A program made the position numbers and the translations under genes. Of a stretch of DNA of 64,000 bases, positions 53,325-64,000 are shown piece after piece. The notes beneath the pieces were generated by a model, which was not told where the DNA came from, did no database searches, and saw nothing but the letters and a program-made list of their open reading frames with translations. Source of the DNA: Ruditapes philippinarum (lineage: Eukaryota); NCBI RefSeq assembly GCF_026571515.1, contig NW_026857281.1, positions 1-64,000 of the forward strand, given 5' to 3'. Within the stretch, counting starts at the first letter, position 1. The number at the start of each line of letters is the position of its first letter.

Positions 53325-53796
53325 GGGACACGGCCTACTGAATTTTCGACCCATATATCCTATAGTAAATCCATCACATTTAAGGCTAAATTCTGGACAA
53401 AACAAATCCGGTACCGAAACTTCATGACCATTTCTTTAAACACCAATGCAGTCCAAGTAAATTTAGCACAAAAAAATAATACATTAGCCCTTGGAGTTTT
53501 TCTGCAGCTTTTAATTTCTGTAATCACTATAGAATATTCCAAATAGTAACTGGTGTGTATTCTTGTGCATAGTGCCTCATGAAACCTTCCACCCAGAAAT
53601 GAAATCCTGCAAAAATACATAAAAAACAACCTTTAAAGTACTCAGAAATGAAACTTCATGTACATAATTACTAAATATATACTTAAAATATAACCAGTAT
53701 CAATTAAGATGATATGAAATAGGCCATTTCAAAATTTAAAAGAACTACTTTCTAGACTACAACGGGCTGGGTCTAATTCCGTACCGGGGTGACACC
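53325..53796 (+). repeat. Left long terminal direct repeat (472 bp)
   Basis: gggacacggcctactgaattttcg...gtaccggggtgacacc, repeated at 56725. Confidence 0.95.
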
Positions 53797-54485
53797 TAAA
53801 TGAACATAAAATTTCATTTAAAAGAACATTTACACACATTTTTTGGTAATTTTATGTTGAACAAGTAATATTAATCAAGAAATCAATGTCTCTTACATTT
53901 CACATTGATACAGGAGCATTTCTTAAAGGGTGACCACTTTGCGGAAAATCAGGCTCGGCCAACAGAATTTTAGATAAAAAAATGGCATTACAAATTATAA
54001 CATATCTTCAGAAATAGAAGACAGATTTTCATGAAATAAAGTTTTTTGTTGTTGGCCAATATTGTACAGGTTTACTATGCATGAATTATACCTTGTTTGT
54101 ATAAAATGGTAAAATTTATCCATTTTTTCTTAAAAAAAAGCTTAAAATTTAAGTTTGAAATAGTGAAAAATGGGCATAAAGTTTGCCATTATAATGATTT
54201 TTTCCCTAAAAATTGCTATAAAACTTCCCGATTAAGACTTTTACTTAAATTTATCAGTAAACAAAGCAAAGTATATACATACACAGACTACACTCATTGT
54301 TAATACCATCTAGAAACATCTCTATTACCCTAGTACTATATATGGCCTTTTGTAAGTAAATTCTTACTCAGATAAGGCCTTTAAAATTGTTATAGAACAA
54401 GGCAATCAATTCAAATAATTGAATAGGAAGTATTAAATCAATTTACTCTTCAAGCCCATCATACTCTTAAAAATATCATTTTACA

Positions 54486-55580
54486 ATGGAGAAGAGACGC
54501 CTTAATAGTGGAACTTTCAAGAAAGGACACAAGATTTTACCTCCTCACTTGAACGCTGCCGAACAAACCAAACAGTAGTTCTTGCATACATCTCAGCCAA
54601 ATCAGGTATGAACTTCCTCAAAACCAGTGCTTTGCTCACAGAAAAGTCTGCAAAATAAAAGATAACAGTGAACCGCAAGGGAATAAAGTGATCAATTTAG
54701 ATTTAAAAGCAAATTGCTATGATGAACAAAGTTTATGAAGAGCACAGTGCTCAAAAATGTGATAAATTAAACATCAACTTACACTGTGAACAAAAACTTG
54801 GACTGGGTTCAAATTGGAGCCCAACAATGTTTGAAGGAAAAACCCTATCTGGCAGTGCAAGACAAGCTATTAGAGCTTTTGCTAAGGATATTAAGGCTAG
54901 ATGCAGTGCTATTATAGAAAACTTGGCTTAAAAAAAATGGTCTCGAAGGAAATTTACATACCTTAGGCTTACTGACAATCCGTATAGCTACATTAGAGTG
55001 TTATGCTGGTAGCTGTAAGTTCTGTCCAGAGGAATCCCTAGTTTGTTCCGGTGTAGGAAATGTTGGTGATTGGTGGTATAACTCTTCCTATCTACCCACA
55101 CATGGTATTCATCCTAGAATTGACAAGAAATGACCGTGAGCTATAATCCGCTATTCTGAAAATACGCCTAAGTGAGTACGCCATCAAAAGTGTGACAAGC
55201 AACACTTGAAGTGCAAAAGTTTTAACAGATCTGTGTTATCCACCCTGCCTAAAGAAATCAACTTTTCGAGGAATTTTGCGGGCAGCTTAGCTTCAAAAAC
55301 TCTGCAAATTAACAATTCATTTCAAGTTTCTGCTGAGAAAAAATGTCCGAAGTATAACAGGACACTCCCTATCACCAAGAACACTTCGATACCTAAAATC
55401 AGCATCAAAACAGACTTCAAAGGCCTTAGCATTACCAAAAAACAAGACAATTTAAGATGAAAAGAAAAGAAACACGGGCAAAACTAGAACACATGTACCA
55501 CCTTGCGAGAAGTGAAGGCCAGTACAATGACGAGTACCACAAAGGACAACTTGATGCAGCAGGCCCTTCAAAGTAGGGCT
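54486..55580 (+). pseudogene. Frameshifted, probably internally deleted Kolobok-type DDE transposase
   Basis: Fragments MEKRRLNSGTFKKGH, EPQGNKVINL, NKVYEEH..C...EQKLGLGSNW, MFEGKT..FAKDIKARC, LECYAGSCKFC..SLVCSG, CKSFNRSVLSTLPKEINFSRNFAG. Confidence 0.7.
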
Positions 55581-56724
55581 ACCAGGAATTGATGTGGCTG
55601 TGCATTGTTATTTCAACTGAGTTATGGTGAAAATAAGCCCCGTCACATTCATGGCAGAATGTCTGATGATGACCTGATTGCCGGTCGAAACGGGAGAGCA
55701 TATTTTTGCCATTTGTAAACATGACAACTGCGAAGAAAAATAAAAATACCCTCCCAACAATCATGTGAAAACAACAACAACAACAACATCATCATCACTG
55801 TTGTAACAGACTATAGACAAGTGCAATTTCTTATTTGCCATTTGCACTCCCCAACAGGATAATGTTATATCTATAGGCCTATGTATTACACTTATACACA
55901 ACATGCATAATGAAATAAAATTCAAAGCTGCATATACATATACAAATTTACAATATCCTTGACTGTCAAATACATATCGTGTCAATTCAGTTCTATTTAT
56001 CTATTTCAAATATGATTATCAAATGAAACTAGTCTATAACAGCTTTAATAATGACAATATAGCACTGTTTCTATATCTGCCAGCAGATGAATGACAATGA
56101 CCACAGTTATTTCTACTTTATGTTCTATATATACTGACCCGAAATGAAATTGCACTTTCGAGAAGTTTGAAACAAACACCATTTTCACTTAATTTTGTTG
56201 ACAATCAAAAACTTCACCCTAAATGAAAAAAATGATGTGCGCATGAAAATATGCCTGTCAAGTTTTGGCTGCAAACAGGCAGTAAACTTTCGTCAATAAT
56301 GTTTCATTTTGCTTTCTATAACATATGAAATTATTTCAAATTTCAATCTGTCAATAATTTTAATCCCTTTTTTAAATTATGACTTTTTTTGCAAAGTCTT
56401 TCATTCAATACTTCATAAATATTTAGCATCAAACATAGGCACTTACTTCTTGTGTAACCACTTCCGTATTGTGGTCAACGAAATGCATGCAAATGGAGTG
56501 AAGCAAATGGTGTCTTATGGCAAGGGGAGACAACATCAATAGAAAGTGGCAGATTTTTAAATTGTCAAAATTTAATTTTTAAATAAAATTTGAAATATAC
56601 AAAACCTGACTGTTATTCCTTTAAAAAATTCAGATTGCTATCCACAGCATTACCAGTAGGTGAAGTTTTCATCACTTTTATTCCAAGTAGTTCCTTAGAA
56701 ATCCATTTTAACCTGTTACATTTA

Positions 56725-57203
56725 GGACACGGCCTACTGAATTTTCGACCCATATATCCTATAGTAATCCATCACATTTAAGGCTAAATTCTGGACAAAA
56801 CAAATCCGGTACCGAAACTTCATGACCATTTCTTTAAACACCAAATGCAGTCCAAGTTAAATTTAGCACAAAAAAATAATACATTACCCTTTGACTTGGA
56901 GTTTTTTCTGCAGCTTTTAATTTCTGTAATCACTATAGAATATTCAAATAGTAAACTGGTGTGTATTCTTGTGCATAGTGCCTCATGAAACCTTCCACCC
57001 AGAAATAAATCCTGCAAAAATACATAAAAAACAACCCTTTAAAGTACTCAGAAATGAAACTTCATGTAACATAATTACTAAATATATACTTAAAATATAA
57101 CCAGTATCAATTAAGATGATATGAAATAGGCCATTTCAAAATTTAAAAGAACTACTTTCTAGACTACAACGGGCTGGGTCTAATTCCGTACCGGGGTGAC
57201 ACC
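56725..57203 (+). repeat. Right long terminal direct repeat (479 bp)
   Basis: Same sequence as 53325-53796 apart from small indels. Confidence 0.95.
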
Positions 57204-57828
57204 TAAGGGCAGCACCGGACAATTTCCGTTTATCTCATCCAAGCGATTTTACTAGGCCAATTATGCGATTTTGCGTTCATTGAACGCCGCCTTTCCTTGT
57301 TGATCTTGTTTATCATATTTTACCTTTATCTAGTTATTTTTATACATTTAACTTACATTACTTGATTTTTGTAACTTGTAAGTGAAATGTGGATAATTTT
57401 ATCCCGATGCAAATTCTACAGAATATTAGTCAAAGAGATAAATGTTGAATCACATGGAACGAACATTTACCTCAGGTAGTTTTGTCCCTACAACCGCCAA
57501 TCGCGCCGTCTTCTTAGTTGAAACATATTTGTTGCATATTAAATATAATTAGACTATATTATATAAACATTTTAACAATCATATTAATCAAAAATACACG
57601 CAATGGATTTTGACGGAAGCACTGGTTGATTATTAAAGTCAATCTGAATAATTGTAAAGTTACAATAAAGATGATACATGGCTGGTAGATGTACATGTAA
57701 CGAGCTTTAAAAACAATATAAAAGAGTGTACCACTACCGCCTCTATTGATTGTATATTAAAAAAGTTTGGAAAAAAACGCAAATCTAAGTCTTGGGGTAA
57801 GTGACTTAAAACAATAGTGAATAAAATA

Positions 57829-58055
57829 TGAGCCGCGTCACGACAAAATCAACGTAATGCGTTTGCGACCAGCATGGATCCAGACCAGCCTGCGCATCCG
57901 CGCAATCTGATGCTGTCCGCTTACCAACCCTATAACAAGTAGTGAAACTGATAGCGAACAGCATGGATCCTGATCAGACTGCGCGGATGCGGAGGCTGGT
58001 CTGGATCCATGCTGGTCGCAAACCCATTATGTTGGTTTTGTCATGACGCGACTCA
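57829..58055. mobile_element. Palindromic MITE (hairpin arms of about 80 bp)
   Basis: tgagccgcgtca.gacaaaa...tttgcgaccagcatggatccagaccagcct / aggctggtctggatccatgctggtcgcaaa...ttttgtcatgacgcgactca. Confidence 0.9.
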
Positions 58056-58888
58056 AATATTATCTTAGTGCCAGTCGAGGTCGTCTATCACCCTTATTCA
58101 TCATCTGTTAGAAAATCGGCAGTTGCCAGTTTATGCACAGTAAACAAAATTTTGCCAGTGTTATAACAATAACACTAGGTGCTGAAATTCTTCGGACGAT
58201 CTCCTTTGCCTATCTAGACTTCGATTACTCCTGGTATAGATTTAATGTGCACTTCTTTTTCAGGCACGTCATTTAAGGTCAGACTATTATCCCATATACT
58301 TACATTATAATAAATGACCTTAAACCTGCCTCAAAATTTAGTATTCCTGCTAAAGATGTGATTTTTTTCTAGGAGAATGACATGCCTGACATATTAAAAT
58401 GATCTTGTTACAAATAGGTTGACCACTAAATTTTCCCAAAGATGAACCAAATTTTCAATGAAATTTCTGCTCATCACAGACCAGGCATATACATGTACAT
58501 GTACCTTTTTTAAAATTGGGATAAGCTTTTGTTTATATTCTAAAGAAAACGTCTCATATGGGATGTGACGGGAAAAGAAAGACTGCATTTATTTTAATAG
58601 CCTTAGCTTGTCCAGCCTTTTGTTCTCATAGGGGACAGGACTTAATTAAATTTGGTCTGTGGGTATACTTAAGGGCCTTTAAGTGTCCAATCTATTATCA
58701 TCCTCTAGCTTCTTAAAAAATTTTGAGTAAACTTTATAATAATACAGTCATGTTATTTTGTGTTGGAGATGTTTTTATCTAAAGAGTATATTAGTAATTC
58801 CACTGTAAAGCAGGTGATAAACTGGGCTGACATCATGTTACAATATATTTAAACAATAAGCTACTTATCTTAACACCAAAATGAAGTC

Positions 58889-59213
58889 TTTTTTAATGCT
58901 TTTATTTAAGGTCGTCGCCGGAAAGTCCATATGGGCGACCGTGCACTCAAGTCGGGCCATACTAGAGCGTCCCGCCGAGATTTTTTCGTCGATTTTTTCC
59001 CAGCTTTTATTGGTGGAGGAAGACCCCAGGTGCCCCTCCGGGCATTATTTCAAGCACGAGCGGGCACCTGGGTAGAACCACCGACCTTCCGTAAGCCAGC
59101 TGGATGGCTTCCTCACATGAAAGATTTCGACCTGAGTGAGGATCGAACCTACAGCGGTGAGGGACCTGTGATCTCAAGTCAGCGACCTTAACCACTCGGT
59201 CACGGAGGCCCCT
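58889..59213 (-). mobile_element. Full-length tRNA-derived SINE with 11-bp TSD
   Basis: Head GGGGCCTCCGTGACCGAGTGGTTAAGG (A box) ... GGTTCGATCCT (B box), GC-rich central domain, A-rich tail; TSD AAAATGAAGTC at 58878-58888 and 59214-59224. Confidence 0.92.
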
Positions 59214-59679
59214 AAAATGAAGTCATCCTGTCATAATCAGATTTATATGCTTCACTTGTTTGGACTATTGTGTTGATCTCAGTTCTTTTTGTTATGACCT
59301 GCCTTTGGGCCCTTTTTGGGGGATTTATTTCATTTTTATAAATACTAAGTATTTGAAGTATGCTGTTTTACTTATATAATCCATTGTTTAATGATTTTTA
59401 ATGAAGAAAAAACAACTTGTCATTTAAAATATATTTTATTATTTCATCACATAAATAACAAATTTTAAGCGCATGTTTTGCAAATGTTGTGTACATAGTT
59501 CATGACTTCGACGTTTGATGCTTCGGTTTTAAGAAAATAATACAAAATGCATTCACATTCATTGAAAAAGTACTAAATAAATTGCACATAAAATTTTATT
59601 GATATGTGACGAAAGAAAAACTACACTAAACATTTGCGTGTACAACTTTCTTCATAAAAAGAAGAAAAGACAATATAAA

Positions 59680-60530
59680 TACAAGAGAACCACAAAGGCG
59701 GGACAATGTACGCCCGAATGTAAATTTCTCTGAACAATGAAATAAATCTTTCACTTAGGATAGAAAACCAATCAAGAACCTTGTCTGTAAAAAATGTTTT
59801 ATCTCTATTATCCTAACGATAATGTATTTTTACTCTAAGTGCATGATTAATAAAACCCCTAAATGCGTGATTCTTAAAAGTTTATAGAGGTTTACTAGGC
59901 AATATTATACGCGAAATATAGAGTCATAGTATTTATGACATGAAGCAATTGATTACTGGAACAGGCTCAATTTTTACTGGATGGTTATGATGAATGTACC
60001 TTTTGTAAAAATATACAATTTGAAGCTGCCGGAAGCTCTGGGCTTCATACAATAAGACTTAAATGTGTTCTCAATTTTCCTTCACAAAAATATGTTGACT
60101 ACGTGATATCAAGGACCTGATTTATATCAATTTAGCGACCATTTACAAGGCTATGTAACATGCAAAATATCTTAGCTTGGCATTGCAGATTTACAAATTA
60201 CATAAGACTGAATGGTGTTTTCTTATACAAGACTGTGTCAGCTTTGTGACCACATCGGCGGGCCTACATTGACCAAAGGAGCTTGATTGATGCCAGTTTT
60301 TTTTAAGAAAATTAAAACTCTAAGCATTGTAGTTTCACCACAATAAGACTTAAATGTGTTTTCCTACACAAAAATATATTAACTAAGTGACACCCGGGCT
60401 AGGCCAATATTGACTCATGGGGCATTTTAATACCATTTATATTGTGGTCTACAAAGTGATGTTACGTGCCAAATATCTAGGCTCTGGGCATCTTAATTTT
60501 ACACAATACGTCTCAGATGTGTTTTTACTA
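59680..60530 (+). mobile_element. Decayed Helentron-like satellite-bearing element
   Basis: Starts acaagag...gggacaatgtacgccc; degenerate units (caataagacttaaatgtgtt twice, ccaaatatctaggctctggg). Confidence 0.5.
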
Positions 60531-62326
60531 TATAAATCAAGAAATCCCTTATAGTGCGGCCAATTTTAATCTCAGGCAGCTCGAACCTAAATCGGCACTC
60601 AGTCTCATATAAAAGTAATATTTCTGCACAAAAATAATTCCTTTGTATTTGATCAAAAAATACAGAGCAGAAACATTTTTTAAATGATATTAAAAGACTA
60701 AGTATGACCTCCTTATGATTAACATTTCTGGCAAAAAGTTCCAATTTCCTTTCATCGTCTAAAAGACAAAACTGCTAACAGATGGATAAATGAAAACCAG
60801 GAACATTAAATTATACGCCAAAATTGTTTCAAGCCTATAAAAAGAAAATATTGTCAAATGCGTTTCTTTACAAAAAAAGTCATATGTTCAAATGTAACTA
60901 AGTAATTTCTGTTTTAAAGCTGCATGCCACCAGACAAGCCAAAATATTTCAAGCCAGAAAATCAAACTTGACCAAAATGTACACTGATTTTAAGAAAAGG
61001 AGGAAGATTCAATATTCAAGTAATAGTTTGTATGTTATATGCGATAAATAACTGAGTTAGCATTTATTATCTATCACTAAATGTCTAGTCAGTTTAGTTT
61101 AGTAAGTGCTATTTTTGCATATTTTGACCTATTTTGGTAATTTACGTGAGATGTAAGTACAGAGGAAAGTTCAAAGTACTTTCTTTTTTTGTTCACTTCA
61201 CAAGTTGATTTCTTTGAAATACATATAAAAAATCAAGAAAATTAGCATAAATCTGGAGGCATGCGTCTTTAAGAAAAGAGAGTCAAAATAAAAGTAACAA
61301 AAAAGTGTCAAACATAAATTACATACATAGTTTCTATTCAACGTAGTCCATGAAAAGTGACTTTATCTGTCATTATTTTACGTATTAAATACATTTATTG
61401 CTTTAAAAATGTCTAGTTCATGTGAACTTTTTTGTTGTTCTTGGTTACGCCGACGCTTACACATAGTGACGGAACATGCCGAGCTTAAAATAGCGAAATT
61501 ATTTATAGATGTTGTGCATTCATCATTCATAAGTACGTTGTATGAGAAAATTAACTTTATATCCACATGTCATTCTCCCTTAGATAAAATACATGTATAT
61601 CCAAAGCTGCTCTATATAAAAACAAAAACCCGTTAGATATAAGATCAACAAAGTGAAAAGAATAGAAAAACATTTTTTTTATCCTATGAAATTATTATTC
61701 CGAATTATCATATTTTTATTATATATATGACGTGAATCAGACTGTCAATTTTGTTTTGATTCTTTTTTCAGCAAGAAAACCTTTAAAAGCACATAATGGC
61801 TTAAAAGCAAATAAATCTTTCCTTATTAAGAAAAGGCAAACATAAGTTTTAAAACGTTTAAAAATTAGTTTTAGAGCATGGTAGATGCTTATCGCCTGAT
61901 GTTATTCGCGCTTAATGTGAAATTACTTGTCTTAAATTAGCCAAATGTAAGCAAAGCAGTATTTTGACGTCCATACAAAATATTTATTTTAAATCACTAT
62001 AACTTACTAATTGCCTAAAAAAACAAATCAACAGAAGCAAATGGTGGTTCAGGTAATTAGCCAGAACGTATCATTTTGGAAACTATAACTGTTCACCAAC
62101 ACAATATAAAGCTTTTTTCAATTAAAAATAAAAGCATTTTCTGGGTATAATCGATCTTTAAAACATTGTCTTGCGCAGCTAAACACATATTCAAAACTTA
62201 ACAAAAATATATATAAATATTCAACAGAAGCATTCCACAGATCAAGTAAAAATATATACACAATTATTTCACCAACATCACAAAATGAGAAACTTTTTTG
62301 ATCATTCAACTAGGGGAACTAAACAA

Positions 62327-62482
62327 TCAAAAGTGAGTATCGTTTGAAACACCCCCTCCGTCCATTTCGTCTTTTTCTTCTAACTTTCCGTTCATTGATC
62401 CATATTTCACTGAACTGCTAGTTCCGTTAGATAAAGATTCCTTTGAAATATTCGTCTGTAGTTCTTCCTCTGTGTCCACGGT
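62327..62482 (-). CDS. Probable terminal exon of a gene continuing beyond the window (TVDTEEELQ...GGVSNDTHF*)
   Basis: atttttag| acceptor, 52 open codons with protein-like composition, ends in a class I PDZ-ligand-like T-H-F. Confidence 0.5.
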   Translation of the reverse strand, partial: TVDTEEELQTNISKESLSNGTSSSVKYGSMNGKLEEKDEMDGGGVSNDTHF

Positions 62483-62779
62483 CTAAAAATAGAATGATAA
62501 TGGCGGTCTAATAGTAGAATTATAATTTAATATATTTAAAGCAAGTAAACAACATTTTTGGAAAATATGGTTATAAGTATGGTAAAACAATTGTTACTTA
62601 ACATTATAGTATGGGCAAACTCTTTGTAAAATATGGTACAAAACAAACGAATGAAATGTGTGTAACTTTGACATAAAACGGCATGTTTGTTGACTTACCG
62701 TGCTTTAGAACTCTGAAATAAGAGTTACCCCTGATTTCATGAAAGCGTTTATATATACAAAGATTACACAAACCACGCC

Positions 62780-63300
62780 TGAAAGTGATGACCTATATAC
62801 AGATTCTTCCAAATAGAGGCAACTGCTTTAATAGTACTTATAAAAAAACGCCATACAGTTAATGTTTATGAATTCATTGAAACACAAAAGATATTATGCC
62901 GTATTGTTTATATCTTTAAACAAATCTTATTCGAGGAGGGAACATTATTGTTAACTAAGAAGATTATCTTGAAGAGACAAGATCTGACAGAAGCAACCTG
63001 CCCCCTTTGCAAAGTGTAAACTTGTGATAAAGTAACAAACCATTTGACAATAAACATTAAAGATATATCATACCCAAACTTGATATTTGAAAATACTGAT
63101 TTCTATACAGGCTCTTTTTTAGATATAAAATAAACATAATTTGGAGTTAACAAAAAGAACACATACTACACTATGATATTATGTTAAATACAATATGAAT
63201 ACATTGGGTCATAAAAAAGACTGGCACTCTTTAAGAAGGGATCCAATTTACTTGAGCAGTAATAAGGAATGCAGAATTAACATTCGTTGAATGTCAATTC
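62780..63300 (+). mobile_element. Possible decayed L1/Tx1-type LINE 3' fragment
   Basis: LLTKKIILKRQDLTEATCPLCK resembles the zf-RVT region; heavily disrupted. Confidence 0.3.
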
Positions 63301-64000
63301 TCTTATTTAAATAAGACATATTCAGTTAGAATTTCCTAAATTTCAATAAACTACAATAAAAGTATTTTACCCAAGATGAGCATAGTTAACCATTTTATCT
63401 ATTCACAGTGCTAACAGTCAAACGATCATTCAACAGTTCACAAGTAAAACATACTATAAAATTTGCCACGAAAATATGCAATAGAATTTTATTTTATGCT
63501 AAGAGGATATATCCACACATGGACTAAAATTTATGAAGCTAAAGCATAAAAAAGTATATATGCATGTCAGCTTAATAAGGAATAATGCAAACAAAGTCAA
63601 ACACAAGTGATAGGAATTATGCACTAAGATATTTAAGCAGATATGGATTAAAATATCTGAATCAGCAGAAGTCAATACAGAAATATGTGATTGTTATATG
63701 TGATGGTTATATGTATTAGTTATAAGAATGGGTTATATGTATAAGTTCTATGTATTTGTTATACATGTATGTAGTTATTGTTTGTATAAATGTCTGTCTA
63801 TTCGAATTGGAATAGGCGTTCTCTGGCCCTTATTCATCTAAAAAATCAATTAATCAAACTTAGAACAAATATGTCAAGAGGTTTAGGAATATAAATTTAT
63901 TCACACTGAAAGAAACAGAAAGTATTTCACACTTCTATTTTTATCAGTATATATATCTACCACGTTACCAAATGAGAAAGGGCTTTTCTATATATGTTGT

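Larger units (their letters stand above)
53325..57203 (+). mobile_element. KolobokP-like composite DNA transposon (LTDR-INT-LTDR), non-autonomous
   Basis: Near-identical direct repeats 53325-53796 and 56725-57203, GG...CC termini, TAA on both outer flanks, decayed Kolobok-type transposase inside, no gag/pol. Confidence 0.75.

Noticed and set aside
53360-53629. Repeated ORFs (also 56820..57017)
   Set aside because: Chance frames within the two LTDRs, broken differently in each copy
53325-57203. LTR retrotransposon
   Set aside because: Repeats lack TG...CA ends, no PBS/PPT was seen, and the interior is DDE-transposase-like with no gag/RT/integrase
59130-59212. tRNA gene
   Set aside because: A and B boxes belong to a SINE head with body, tail and TSD; no complete cloverleaf

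Overview
AT-rich eukaryotic (spliceosomal) DNA, most likely a bivalve mollusc judging by its repeat families; one 134-N assembly gap at 20422-20555. Two intact multi-exon genes can be rebuilt by hand with phase-consistent GT-AG introns. (1) A minus-strand CXorf38/DUF4559 (HEPN-like) gene with a C-terminal coiled coil (3 coding exons, 8270-10289, about 382 aa). (2) A plus-strand EXD3/Mut-7/Nibbler-family DEDDy 3'-5' exonuclease (up to 11 coding exons, 34777/41115-50363, about 677-697 aa) that has all catalytic motifs but ends before any MUT7-C domain. A probable terminal exon of a third gene lies at 62327-62482 (-). Much of the remainder is mobile DNA: a composite-type KolobokP-like DNA transposon with about 475-bp long terminal DIRECT repeats (53325-57203), a decayed Tigger/pogo element whose transposase appears to carry an intron, LINE fragments, two tRNA-derived SINEs, Helentron-like satellite-carrying elements, MITE/foldback elements and several tandem repeats. 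No rRNA, bona fide tRNA or CRISPR array was found. All family assignments come from motif recognition by eye, not database searches.
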